Source: Octopus sinensis
Lineage: Eukaryota
Assembly (NCBI RefSeq): GCF_006345805.1
Contig: NC_043026.1
Span: 6,448,001-6,512,000 of the forward strand
Direction: 5' to 3'
DNA length: 64,000 nucleotides
The notes beneath the pieces were generated by a model. The model worked only from the letters and a program-made list of their open reading frames with translations. It ran no database searches and had not been told where the DNA came from. Positions 23,203-60,060 of this stretch are shown in pieces (position 1 is the stretch's first letter; each line of letters opens with the position of its first letter). The position numbers were made by a program, and so were the translations under genes.

Positions 23203-23494
23203 AAATTACTCCACACAAATATACATACATACATATATACACAAACTTTTCAGAGTGTCTAAATTAAGATTAAATCGCAAATTGAACGGAAAGAAAAATC
23301 GTGAGCATTTACACAATCATTCTGACACACATCAAAATGTTTTTCGAAATTTCAAGTTCATCCATCGCAGTTTATTGTTCAAGTTTATGTTGATTCCTCC
23401 ATGGTGTTGTTTTGAATTTATAATAAAACAAATATAAACAAATTATAAAAATAATGAAAAAAAATTGACTTGTCCCAAACTTTGGCATCGAGAG

Positions 23495-23810
23495 TTACAC
23501 AAATGCCAGCACTGGGCACCACTGCACAGTACCAAGGACTCCAAATTTGCCATCAAGATGTAGGACAAGATACTGTGACAGCCTGGGCTTCCGAGGCCCA
23601 CAGCTCTTCAATATCCTCCCGAAGAACCTGAGAGACCTGCATGGGGTGGATGCAGATGTCTTTAAAATGAAACTGGATCTCTTCCTGTCAGGTGTCCCAG
23701 GTGAACCAACTTCACGGCAGGAGGTGCAGATGAGGGCAGCTGCATCGAACTCTCTCATGCACCAAATGGCAATTGCTAAAAAGCATTCGTGAAGTAAAAC
23801 CATGTAGCAA
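23495..23810 (+). mobile_element. CR1/L2-superfamily LINE 3' fragment
   Basis: SLGFRGPQLFNILPKNLR...FKMKLDLFLSGVPGEP. Confidence 0.75.
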
Positions 23811-25122
23811 CACCAAATGGCGGTGCCCCAGCATGGCCACAGCTTGTGAGCTGAAACTAAATAAAAAAAAAATAAATAAAAATAAGTACAGTACTGTTTC
23901 TATTTTGTGGATTTTCACTTATTGTGCGAGTCAAGAGATTATTGTATAAAACCCACAAATGTATTCACACACAAAAGAAAACATCATTGTGTGATAACCT
24001 TTGGACACCATTTTGATATCAGATCTATATTGGTGTGATAACTTACCTCTGTGTTATTGTAAATAAAAGCAATCTTTTACAGTATTTCTCCATACTTCAT
24101 GTTTCATGTTTCCAAAACAGATCAAAGGGTGGAGGCTCATGGCCTAGTGGTTACAGCAGCGGACTCGCGGTCGAGGGATAGCAGGTTCGAATCTCAGACC
24201 GGGCCATGTGTGTGTTTATGAGCGAAACACCTAAGCTCCACGCGGCTCCGGCAGAAGGTAATGGCGAAACTTCTGCTGACTCTTTCGCCACAACTTTCTC
24301 TCACTCTTTCCTCCTACATCTTGCAGCTCACCTGCGATGGACCGGCGTCCCGTCCAGGTGGGGAACCTATACGCCAAGGAAACCGGGAAACCATCCCTTA
24401 TGAGCCGGGCATGGCTCGAGAAGGAACAAACAAAAAACAGATCAAAGATGTTCTTGATGTATTTGGCATTATTGATTCCTTATAGGGCAGTGAGCTGGCA
24501 GAATCGTTAGCACGCTGGGCAAAATGCTTAGCGATATTTCGTCTGCTGCTAGGTTCTGAGTTCAAATTCTGCTGAGGTTGACTTTGCTTTTCATCCTTTC
24601 GGGGTCAATAAATTAAGTACCAGTTGTACAAGATTAAATATATAAACACGTGTCTATATATTTAATCTCAGCGTCTCTGTTGATGAAGACTTCGCTTGGT
24701 AAATTATTTTATTTACTAAAATAAGACAGAAACCATGGTCCAGGAAAGAGATGGTAAATGTTTTTATTTTTCATCCCTTCGAGAATTTATCCCTAATTAG
24801 TGGTTTGGACTTTAGCTGTTCTTTCTAGCATGAAGGATTCCTATGATGGAAACCTCTTAATGTGTTTAAATAACTTTTGTATTATCCTCTCAAATTACAC
24901 CAAAATCTCAGACAATAACAATTAATATTGTATTTATTGTCTGTGAAAATTATAGAATATAAAACTACTTATACTTACTTTTCTGACGAAAAACAATGCC
25001 GTTGTGAACATTTTGGCCGCAACTGTATATATATATATATAGTCTATTGACTAATTTTTCTTTACACTAGGCCACTGGTAGTAAAAATTTCTAAAATATT
25101 TATTACCCTGATATTAGTAATT

Positions 25123-25168
<46 letters not shown>

Positions 25169-26364
25169 GGAATGAACCTGACCAGCTCTTGTTAAACCAT
25201 CAAACCCATGCCAGTATGGAAAACAACTGTTAAATGGTGATAATGATTATTATGATAGATACAAAAGGAGAGAGAGAGACAGACAGACAGATAAATAAAC
25301 AGATAGATACATACATACATAGATAGGTAGATAGATAGATAGACAGACAAACAGAAAGGTAGATAGATAGATAGACAGGTAGACAGACAGATAGATAGAT
25401 AGATAGACAGGTAGACAGACAGGTAGATAAATAGACAGGTAGATCAACTGATAGACAGACAGACAGATAGATAGATAGCTAGATAGAGGTGTGTGTATGT
25501 ATGTAATATGCATGTGTGTGTGTAGATTTAAACATCAACACACCATCATGAAATGAGTGTATATATATATATATATATATATATATGAAGAAACTAATCA
25601 ACTCATCATTCCCTATAGAATCAGCAGCTGTTAATTAGGTCCAGACCAGATTGCATGTGTTGTTCTTAATTAGCTCTGTTAATTACTAAGCTCTAATTAA
25701 CCATACAACCTGGCAGCCATTATCCTTCTGCATACCTTAAACGCTTTCCTTTACTCGTGGCCTGTTTGTGTGAACAATGCAAGGAAAGTCATTAGTCATC
25801 ACCAGTCACTGATCAGTCAAGAAGTAATTGGAGACCAATGTGGGGGGGAAGGGTTAAGTGATTGGAGAGGGGTGCATGTACGTGTGTGGGTGGAGAGAAT
25901 GTAGGTATGTGTATGTGGTATATATATATATATATATATCATCATCATCATCATCGTTTAACGTCCGTTCTCCATGCTAGCACGGGTTGGATGGTTTGAC
26001 CGGGGATCTGGGAAGCCAGAAGGCATGCACCAGGCTACAGTCTGATCTGGCAGTGTTTACAGCTGGATGCCCTCCTAAACGCCAACCACTCTGTGAGTGT
26101 AGTGGGTGCTTTTACGTGCCACCTGCACAGGTGCCAGGCGAGGCTGGCAACGCCACGATCGGATTGGTGCATTTTATGTGCCACCAGCACGGAAGCCAGA
26201 CGAGGCGGCACTGGCATCGGCCATGATTCGGATAGCGCTTTTTACGTACCACCAGCCCAGGGGTCCTGACAACTGCTGGGTGCCAGTCATAGGATTGGTT
26301 CAATTTCGATTCCGATTTCGATTTCGATTTCACTTGCCCCAACAGGTCTTCGCAAGCAGAGAAG

Positions 26365-26395
<31 letters not shown>

Positions 26396-26421
26396 CATAC
26401 ATACATACATACATACATACA

Positions 26422-26452
<31 letters not shown>

Positions 26453-26627
26453 CATCATCATCATCATTGTTTAACGTCCGCTTTCTATGCTGGTATGAGT
26501 TGGACGATTTGACTGAGGGCTGGCGAACCAGATGGCTGCACCAGACTACAATCTTGATCTGGCAGAGTTTCTACAGCTGGATGCCCTTCCTAATGTCAAC
26601 CACTCCGAGAGTGTAGTGGGTGCTTTT

Positions 26628-26727
26628 NNNNNNNNNNNNNNNNNNNNNNNNNNNNNNNNNNNNNNNNNNNNNNNNNNNNNNNNNNNNNNNNNNNNNNNNN
26701 NNNNNNNNNNNNNNNNNNNNNNNNNNN
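26628..26727. other. Assembly gap (100 N)
   Basis: Begins inside a retroposon copy; true size unknown. Confidence 0.99.
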
Positions 26728-26789
26728 ATTATTCAACATTATCTGACATCTTTGGTTTCAAAGACACCATTACCTCTCTCATAACACAC

Positions 26790-26822
<33 letters not shown>

Positions 26823-26880
26823 TATACATTAGAGATGGTCCATAGTAAGTCACGCAAAACCCATATAATATCATTTCCAG

Positions 26881-27062
26881 GAGATGCCGACCCTGTTCCG
26901 AGGAATCCCCGTCCATTCTGTGGACCAATGCGAAGAAGATCGTTAACAGAATTCCTGAAAGGCTCTCAAGATGCTTACACGCTTATAAATGTACTTTCTG
27001 CGTGGTGTAAAATGCGTCATGATGCATCAAAGCAATTTAAGCCGAAGAAAACGAACAATAAA
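26881..27062 (+). CDS. Possible upstream coding exon of the SPATA1-like gene (ATG 26928 or 27012; ...MRHDASKQFKPKKTNNK)
   Basis: tcatttccag acceptor, AAA|GTAATT donor, phase 0 matches the 29992 exon; no recognisable homology. Confidence 0.35.
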
Positions 27063-27139
27063 GTAATTATATTCTGCAATCAACAGACACATTTGTCCAG
27101 CTCTGGGCAAAACCAAAATCGCCATTGTCCTATCCCTAT

Positions 27140-27660
27140 TGTGTCTTTGTAGCAAAATGCATTCCTGGACTCAAATTACACTCATGAATTCGTTACAAAT
27201 AGATGCATCTCTTGGAGATATTGGCGATGAGTCTGTTGAAGAGGATCTTGCCTGTTATAGAGAGAAGGGAGATCTCCCCGTAGCTGTCACAGTTTATCCT
27301 GGTTCCTTTGTTCTTGTATAGAGCGACTATTGTGGCGTCTCGCAGACCTCTTGGGATGTCATCCTGGTTCCAGATGGTCCAAGAAGATGTCATGGAAGGT
27401 GTTGAAGGCTGTGGGTCCAAGCGACTTGAACAATTCAGCAGGTATTCCAGCCCTTCCTGGTGCTTTGCCACAGGTCGTCTATTTGACGGTGGTCTGTATC
27501 TCTTCTTCGCTTGGCGGGAGGTCGAGATCTTCCTGGATTAGTTGCTGGCCGATCTGTAGGGCTGCTGGGTCGACGATAGAAGGGCAATTGAGGAGCTGGC
27601 TGAAGTGTTCCTTCCACCTTGCGCTGAGACCTTCCTTTTCTTTGATACATACAAGAAAGT
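27140..27660 (-). mobile_element. RTE-clade LINE ORF2 fragment (linker and RT start), degenerate
   Basis: RWKEHFSQLLN, LRDATIVALYKNKG, ISLLSITGKIL across several frames. Confidence 0.85.
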
Positions 27661-28629
27661 TCATTGATCGCTACAGTTGTTTCGACCCACCTAGCATCGA
27701 TCCCTCGCGGGTGGGGTACTATACATCTGGTTTAGGCATATCCCTCGATGTAGATGTGTCTCCTCAGGTGATTACATCCATAGCTACTAACGGTTATATC
27801 TAATTCCTTTTTCACTGTATTGTGTATTTGTTTCTTTTTGCATCTGATATTTGTTATTGACTTTTATAATAATGAAGCTGTATCCCTTAACTTGCTGTTT
27901 TTGGATACAAATACTGAGAAGAAATCTTGTGCAACAGACATTACTTTAATGAGAGACGTGTTGTAATCACCCGAGGAGACACATCTACACCGGCATGTAC
28001 ACCTACGCCTGGTATTCAGTATCCCATCCGAGGGGGATTGATGGTTGATGGGTCGAAAAAATTGTAGCAATCAATAAATATTCTCGTATCTTCCATCTTC
28101 CATCTCCCTCGTTAATTAAATAACCAACGAACACTGAGAAAGTGAATATGCTTTACCGGTAAATTTCCAGGTCTATACTTTACGATTTATTAATTAATAT
28201 ATATATACATACGCATATACATACATATTCACACACACACACATATACATGTACATATATATTTATGTGTGTGTGTGAAATATGGAAGCTCTTGTGTGCT
28301 TATCATGTAATCAATGCATCCGTTACTTGGACATGTCTCAGAGACACAGTTCAGCTCAATCCTATCAATGGAGATGGCTGGCTTAGGTCTCGTTGTATTC
28401 GGAAGCTGGCAGAAATGTTAGCACGCCGGGCAAAATGCGTAGCCGTATTTCGTCTGCTGTTACGTTCTGAGTTCAAATTCCGCCGAGGTTGACTTTGCCT
28501 TTCATCCTTTCGGGGTCGATTAAATAAGTACCAGTTATGCACTGGGGTCGATGTAATCGATTTAATCTCTTTGTCTGCCCTTGTTTGTCCCCTCTGTGTT
28601 TAGTCCCTTGTGGGTAGTAAAGAAATAGG

Positions 28630-29065
28630 TATTCGGAACTGCCTGGAGCAGGACCTCCGTCTTCCCAAGGCTGATGGTTAGGCTGAAGAGTCTGGATGCC
28701 TCGGCGAAGCGATTGACGATGATCTGGAGGTAGTTTTCCTTGTGGCCCATGGGAGCACAGTCGTCCACGAAGAGGGCTTCGAGGATGAGCTTTTCCTGGT
28801 CTTCGTTTTGGCCGACAGGTGACGGAGGTCGACTACGGAGCCATCACTTTGGTACTTAATGAGCACGCCCAGGTCGAGGTTCTTCACAGCGAGGAGGAGG
28901 ACCTGTATGAAGGGGCGAGGACACAACCCTGTTTGACTCCATGAGAGATGTTGAAGGAGTTCGTGTAGTCCCCACTAGAAAGGATCTGTCCCTTCATGGT
29001 GTTACAGAAGAGCTTGACCAGGGCTGGGAATTTTCGTGGGCAACCCAGCTTGCTGAGGATGATCC
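28630..29065 (-). mobile_element. RTE-clade LINE RT core fragment, degenerate
   Basis: KLGCPRKF, GVLIKY, DDCA, ISLGKTEVL. Confidence 0.8.
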
Positions 29066-29991
29066 CTCAAATCCTTTCCTTTTCTGTTCGGATGTCTCCT
29101 GAGCTTTCTGCTGATGCTTTCTGAGGGTCTTTTGATTCTGCCACCTTAATGAACTGGGTATGTATTTCTTTATTGCCCACAAGGGGCTACACACAGAGGG
29201 GACAAACAAGGACAGACAAACGGATGAAGTTGATTATATCGACCCCAGTGCGTAACTGGTACTTAATTTATCGACCCCGAAAGGATGAAAGGCAAAGTTG
29301 GCCTCGGCGAAATTTGAACTCAGAACGTAACGGCAGACGAAATACTGCAAAGCATTTCGCCCGGCGTGCTAACGTTTCTGCCAGCTTGCCGCCTTTGAAC
29401 GGGATATGGTTGTGTATACCACTGTCTTCACATTGTATGATACTGATACTTGTAAACAAGCAACCCTGTCATACAAGTGGTGTTGTTCTTTTCCAGTCTT
29501 CTGTGAAAAACATGTCTGGGAAATGGAGGAAATATTATCACCTTACTTGAAAAAAGGTGAGGGTTAGCAACTGGAAGGGCACCCAGCTGTAGAGAAACAA
29601 CCTGTCTCAATATATTCTATTTGATCCCTGAAAGCATGGAAAATTGGACATAAAAACTATGATGATGATGATGATGATGACGATGATGATGATGATGATG
29701 ATGGTGGCGGTGGCGGTGACGATGATGATGATATATTTATAATTAATTGAGTTTAGTTTTTAAATTAATTAATTGTAGGTAATTGGTGGTGGCCACTACT
29801 ACCAACACCACCACTACCACCACCACCACCACCACCAACAACAACACCACCAACAACAACAACAACAACAACAATAACAACATTATCATCACCACCGTCA
29901 GCATCATCATCAGCATGACCACCATGACCACCACCACCACCTGTGATATTTCCCCTCTCTTTCATTCAGTCTTTAATCTTGTTTATTCCAG

Positions 29992-52970
<22,979 letters not shown>

Positions 52971-53219
52971 TACAGAAAGACATCTCGAATCATTTGAAAA
53001 ACTATTTGTTATATATGCATACAATATATATATATATATATATCCAAAATAAGCAACAAGTATATCTTAGGTAATGTGGTACAATCATTTCATACTACTT
53101 CATTTTATTAAACACTGTAAGTATTATAATCACCCCATGGATTTATATGGATAATACCATACAAAATTCTGGTGCCTCTGACTTAAGTACCATATTCATC
53201 TGAATCTAAACTTTGCTGA

Positions 53220-53221
<2 letters not shown>

Positions 53222-53261
<40 letters not shown>

Positions 53262-54215
53262 GATATATAAATAAATAAATATATATATATTATATATATA
53301 TATATATAAATAAATAAATATATATATATCTATATATAAATAAATATATATATATAATATATTATATAATATTAAATAAATAAATAAATATATATATATA
53401 TAAATAAATAAATATAATATATATATAAATAATAAATATATATATATATATAAATAATAAATATATATATATATATATATATAAAAATAAATATATTATA
53501 TACTATATATAAATAAAATATATATATAGATATATATATAAATAATATATATATATATATATATAATATATAATAAATAAATATATATATATATATTATA
53601 TATAAATAAAAAATAGATATATATATATATAAATATATATATATAAATATAACTATATAAAATAAATAAATATATATATAATATATATATATAAATAAAT
53701 ATATATATAAATATAGATATATATAAATATTATCTATATAAATTAAATATATATAAATAAATATATATATACAAAATAAATAAATATATATATAAACTAT
53801 TATATATATATAAATATATATATATATTAAATAAAATATATATAAATAAATATATATATAATATAATATATATATATATATATATAACTTATATTTTATA
53901 ATATATAATAATATATATATTATAATAAATATATATATAAATCATATATATAAATAATATATATATAAATAAATATATATATATATTATATAAAATAAAT
54001 AGATATATATATATATAATATAAATATATTATATATATATAAATAAATATTAATATATATATATAAATAAATATTATAAATAAATATATAAATAAATATA
54101 TTATAGATTATTATATATATAAATAAATATATATATATATATATTATATTATAAATAAATATATATATATATATATAATAAATAAATATATATATATATA
54201 TATATATTAAATAAA

Positions 54216-54248
<33 letters not shown>

Positions 54249-54402
54249 TATATATATAAATAAATAAATATATTATATATATATATATAAATAAATATAT
54301 ATATATATATATAAATAAATAAATATATATATAATATAAATAAATAAATATATATATATATATAATATAAATAAATATATATATATATATATAAATAAAT
54401 AA

Positions 54403-54434
<32 letters not shown>

Positions 54435-54460
54435 TATATAATATATAATATAAATAAATA

Positions 54461-54495
<35 letters not shown>

Positions 54496-55223
54496 TATAT
54501 ATATATATATATATATAATAAAATATATATATATATATATATAAATATACTATATATATAAATATATATATAAATAAATAAATATATATATAATAATATA
54601 TATATATAATAATATATATATAAATATATATATATAAATATATATATATATAAATAAATATATATATAAATAAATATATATATATAAATAATAATATATA
54701 AATATATATATATATAATATAATATATATATATAAATAAATATATATAAATAAATATATATATAAATATATATATATATAAATAAATAATATATATATAT
54801 AAATAAATATATATATATATAAATAAATATATATATAAAATATATATATAAATAAATATATATATAAATAAATATATATATATATATATAAATAAATATA
54901 TATATAATATATAATAAATATATATATATATATAAATAAATATATATAATATATATATAAATAATATATATATATATATAAATAAATATATTATATATAT
55001 ATATATATAAATAAATATATATTATATATATATAAATAAATATATATATATTATATATAAATAAATAATATATATTATATATATAAATAAATATATATAT
55101 ATATATAATATAATAAATAAATATATATTATATATATATAATAAATAATATATATATATATATATAAATAAATAATATAATATATTATAAATAAATAAAT
55201 ATATTATATATATAAATAAATAA

Positions 55224-55258
<35 letters not shown>

Positions 55259-55316
55259 TATATATATATAAATAAATTATATATATATATATAAATAAAT
55301 ATATATATATATATAA

Positions 55317-55353
<37 letters not shown>

Positions 55354-55460
55354 TATATATATATAAATAAATATATATATAAATAAATATATATATATAA
55401 ATAAATATATATATAAATATATATATATATAAATATATATATATATAATATAATAATTAT
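53222..55460. repeat. About 2.2-kb almost pure A/T low-complexity tract of (TA)n and ATAAATAA
   Basis: Only scattered G or C. Confidence 0.95.
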
Positions 55461-55979
55461 TGTTTAATGTACACATTATACAGTTATGAGCTACTAATAT
55501 AGTAGTCCCTCTATATATAATTATATATATATAGGATATAATATATATATATATATATATACATACATACATATATACACAAACATATAGAACATATGTA
55601 TATTAATATATAAACATACATACAAATATGAACAGTAAGCGTAAATATATGAACGTACATATATAAAATATATACACACATTTATATATATATTATACAT
55701 GCATTAACTAACAAATGAAGAGGCTTTGAAACCTTCAAAGATTATATATATACATATATACACTCACTTGATGTGACATAATCCAATATTGCTAACTTCC
55801 TCAAAAGTAACTATTATACACACACATATATATACAGCTAAACCCACACATGCATATACACATACCTGTATGTGTATAACATTCTCATTGGATGGTCATA
55901 TAAATTCTTTTTAAATTGTTATATATACATGTATAAACCTATAAATTTCATTGCTGTTGTTGTTGTTGTTTTTGTTGTT

Positions 55980-57040
55980 GTTTAGCCCCGGGTCAGTCCT
56001 GATCCAGTAGACCTCTGATCAAAGACGTTCCAGCAGTGACCATCCCATCTTTTATTGAGCCATAGTGTATTTAGGACCACATTATCCTATATGTCTTTCC
56101 TTAGCCCCAGATCAGACCTTCCATTTGTGACCATCCTGTCTTTTATTCAGGCATAGTGTACCTAGGACTACATTAGCTAATGTGTCCATCTTTGTTGTTG
56201 TTTAGCACCAGGTCAGTCTTGATCCAGTAGACCTATGATCAAAAATGTTCCAGCAGTGACCATCCTGTCTTTATTTGGACATAGTGTACCTAGGACTACA
56301 TTAGCTAATGTGTCCTTCCATGTTGCTGTTTAGCCCCAGGTCAGTCCTGATCCAGTAGACCTATGATCAAAAATGTTCCAGCAGTGACCATCCTGTCTTT
56401 ATTTGGACATAGTGTACCTAGGACTACATTAGCTAATGTGTCCTTCCATGTTGTTGTTTAGCCCCAGGTCAGTCCTGATCCAGTAGACCTATGATCAAAA
56501 ATGTTCCAGCAGTGACCATCCTGTCTTTATTTGGACATAGTGTACCTAGGACTACATTAGCTAATGTGTCCTTCCATGTTGCTGTTTAGCCCCAGGTCAG
56601 TCCTGATCCAGTAGACCTATGATCAAAAATGTTCCAGCAGTGACCATCCCGTCTTTTATTGAGCCATAGTGTATCTAAGACTACATTAGCTAATGTGTCC
56701 ATCTTTGTTGTTGTTTAGCCCCAGGTCAGTCCTGATCCAGTAGACCTATGATCAAAAATGTTCCAGCAGTGACCATCCTGTCTTTATTTGGACATAGTGT
56801 ACCTAGGACTACATTAGCTAATGTGTCCTTCCATGTTGCTGTTTAGCCCCAGGTCAGTCCTGATCCAGTAGACCTATGATCAAAAATGTTCCAGCAGTGA
56901 CCATCCTGTCTTTATTTGGACATAGTGTACCTAGGACTACATTAGCTAATGTGTCCTTCCATGTTGCTGTTTAGCCCCAGGTCAGTTCTAACCCAGCAAA
57001 CTTATGATCAAAGATGTTCCAGTGGTGACCATCCCATCTT
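55980..57040. repeat. Tandem repeat, 128-bp unit, about 8.5 copies
   Basis: TTTAGCCCC anchors at 56329, 56457, 56585, 56714, 56842, 56970; diverged reverse copies at 1715-2170. Confidence 0.92.
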
Positions 57041-57360
57041 TGAGGTGTGATCAATAATTATCCAGATTATATATATTAAAAAAAAACAACACTAATAAAC
57101 ACAAAAATTAAATTTACCACAAAAAATTTTTTTTTTTTATTTCAAAATTTCCAAAAAAAATAAAATGCCAAAAAAAAAAAAGGAAATAAAAAACATCTAG
57201 AGTAATTTTAAATTAAATGTCAATGGTTTAATTCTATGTACATAAGTATCGTTACTATATCACATTGTTAGTCAGGAGGAGGAGGAGGGAGAACGGGAGG
57301 AGGAAGAGAAATGGCAGAGAACGGAAGAAGAACAGAGACAATATTGTAATAATAATAATA

Positions 57361-57855
57361 GTCCCTTCTACTAAAGGCACAAGCCCTGAAATTTTGGGGG
57401 AAAGGGGAAATAGTAAATTACACTGACCCCCAGTGTGAAACTGGTACAAAATTTATTGACCCTCCAAAAGGATGAAAGGCAAAGTCGACCCTAGCGGAGT
57501 TTGAACTCAGATGAATAGTAATAATAATAGTCCTTTCTACTAAAGGCACAAGCCCTGAAATTTTGGGGGAAAGGGGGGAATAGTAAATTACACTGACCCC
57601 CAGTGTGAAACTGGTATAAAATTTATTGACCCTCCAAAAGGATGAAAGGCAAAGTCGACCCCTAGCGGAGTTTGAACTCAGATGAATAGTAATAATAATA
57701 ATAGTCCCTTCTACTAAAGGCACAAGCCCTGAAATTTTGGGGGAAAGGGGGAATAGTAAATTACACTGACCCCCAGTGTGAAACTGGTATAAAATTTATT
57801 GACCCTCCAAAAGGATGAAAGGCAAAGTCGACCCTGGCGGAGTTTGAACTCAGAA
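57361..57855. repeat. Three tandem copies of a 170-bp SINE-B-derived unit
   Basis: Units start at 57361, 57530, 57704. Confidence 0.9.
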
Positions 57856-58135
57856 CAAAAAGATGAATAATAATAGTAATAATAATAATAATAAGCCTTT
57901 CTGCTATAGGCGCCCAGCCTGGATTTTGTGGGGAGGGCGACGGTCGATCGCATCGACCCCAGTGTTCAACTGGTACTTATTTTATCAACCCCCGAAAGGA
58001 CGAAAGGCAAAGTCGACCTTAGTAGGATTTGAACCTAGAATGTAAGGATGAACAAAACCCCACTAAGCATTTCTCCTGGCATGCTAACGGCTCTGCCAGC
58101 TTGCCTCCTGCCGCCTTAATAATAATAATAATGAT

Positions 58136-58543
58136 AGGCACAGGAGTGGCTGTGTGGTAAGTAGCTTGCTAACCAACCACATGGTTCTGGGTTCAGTCCC
58201 ACTGCGTGGCATCTTGGGCAAGTGTCTTCTACTGTAGCCCCGGGCCGACCAATGCCTTGTGAGTGGATTTGGTAGACGGAAACTGAAAGAAGCCTGTCGT
58301 ATATATGTATATATATATATGTGTGTGTATGTGTTTGTGTGTCTGTGTTTGTCCCCCTAGCATTGCTTGACAACCGATGCTGGTGTGTTTACGTCCCCGT
58401 CACTTAGCGGCTCGGCAAAAGAGACCGATAGAATAAGTACTGGGCTTACAAAGAATAAGTCCCGGGGTCGATTTGCTCGACTAAAGGTGGTGCTCCAGCA
58501 TGGCCGCAGTCAACTGACTGAAACAAGTAAAAGAGTAAAAGAG
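58136..58543 (+). mobile_element. SINE family A, full length
   Basis: Same structure. Further + copies: 12076-12240, 14735-15130, 39359-39790, 51960-52335. Confidence 0.85.
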
Positions 58544-58938
58544 TAATACACACAAGAATGACTGCAACAAGCAGTTTCCCACCCCCTAATACATACATAC
58601 ATCCATCCATCCACACACATTTTTATAGGGTTCAGTGGTAGGATTACGGCCATTCTGGAGTGACACTTCTAAGGGTATAAACCATAAACTGGTTAACAGC
58701 TTTATATTTTACTTGTTTCAATCATTGGACAGTGGCCATGCTGGAGCAGTCAAACAAATCAACCCCAGCACTTGTTTATAAACGTGCTACTTATTCTATT
58801 GATGCCCTTTTACTGAACTGCTAAGTCATAGGGACAAAAACAAACCAACACTGGTTGTCAAGTAAGGGGGAAGACACAAAGACACACATGTATCTGTCTT
58901 ACTTTCATATATATATATATATATCTTCTGTGATCAGG

Positions 58939-59003
<65 letters not shown>

Positions 59004-59321
59004 CACACACATAGACTACTTCAGGCCGAGTAGTCCATCCCACTCAAAAGGTCCTCGAATAAGGGTTGTTTAAAGGATGTTGAATGAGGGTTTCCAAGGT
59101 GAATTATCCAAACCCCAAACAATTCCTTTCAACACTATGCTCCCCCCACTACTTCTGCTCATGATCAGAGATGCACATATCGTCAGCCACCAAGGGAAAT
59201 GCTCAACTGGTTAAGGTCAAACAACTGACAAGCAAATCTGTGGTGTTGAGCAGAATATTTGCTGCAACCCATCTTTTATACCAGGACAAAATTCAGTTAA
59301 GACCAGAAGCCATGAGAGCCA

Positions 59322-59352
<31 letters not shown>

Positions 59353-59619
59353 TATTATTATTAATGTTGCCTAACATTAGCACAAAGCCACAAATTTTTG
59401 AGGTAGGATATAGTGAACTGAATCCCTCAATACACAGCTGGTACTTAATAAATGAAAAATAACATTAACCCTGACAGGAAAGGGACCTGGACTGATATTA
59501 TAAACTGTTTGTCCCATTTTCTATCAAATCTGAAATTGTCTCAGCCAATTTACTAATTCAGCAATTTTGAATGCCAGTCTACCAATTTTTTTTTCTATTA
59601 ATTAACCAATTTTGCAATT

Positions 59620-60060
59620 TAGTCTGTCAAACCCCCAATTCTGTGATTTAGCCTGCCAATTTACCAGTTCTACAATGTAGCCTGCCGCTGTACCAATTCA
59701 GTTAGCCAATCTACCCCTTCTACAATTTTACCTCTTAATCTACCAATTATGCAATTTAGCCTGCCAATCTATCAATTACACAATTTAGCCTGCCAATCTA
59801 CCAATTACACAATTTAGCCTGTCAATCTATCAATTATGCAATTTAGCCTGCCAATCTACCAGTTACGCAATTTAGCCTGCCAATCTACCAATTACGCAAT
59901 TTAGCCTGCCAATCTACCAATTATGCAATTTAGCCAACCAATCTACCAATTATGCCTGCTAATCTACCAATTATGTAATTTAGCCTACCAATCTACCAAT
60001 TATGCAATTTAGCCTGCCAATCTACCAATTATGCAATTTAGCCTACCAATCTACCAATTC
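59620..60060. repeat. 29-bp minisatellite TTATGCAATTTAGCCTGCCAATCTACCAA
   Basis: More than 10 copies, degenerating toward the left. Confidence 0.85.

Noticed and set aside
24672-24698. 27-nt candidate microexon (ctcag...TTG|GTAAAT)
   Set aside because: No assignable gene or homology; such site pairs arise by chance
26532-27152. 206-aa ORF
   Set aside because: Artefact of reading through the 100-N gap
55980-57040. Regular arrays resembling CRISPR
   Set aside because: Eukaryotic DNA; contiguous units with no unique spacers and no cas genes
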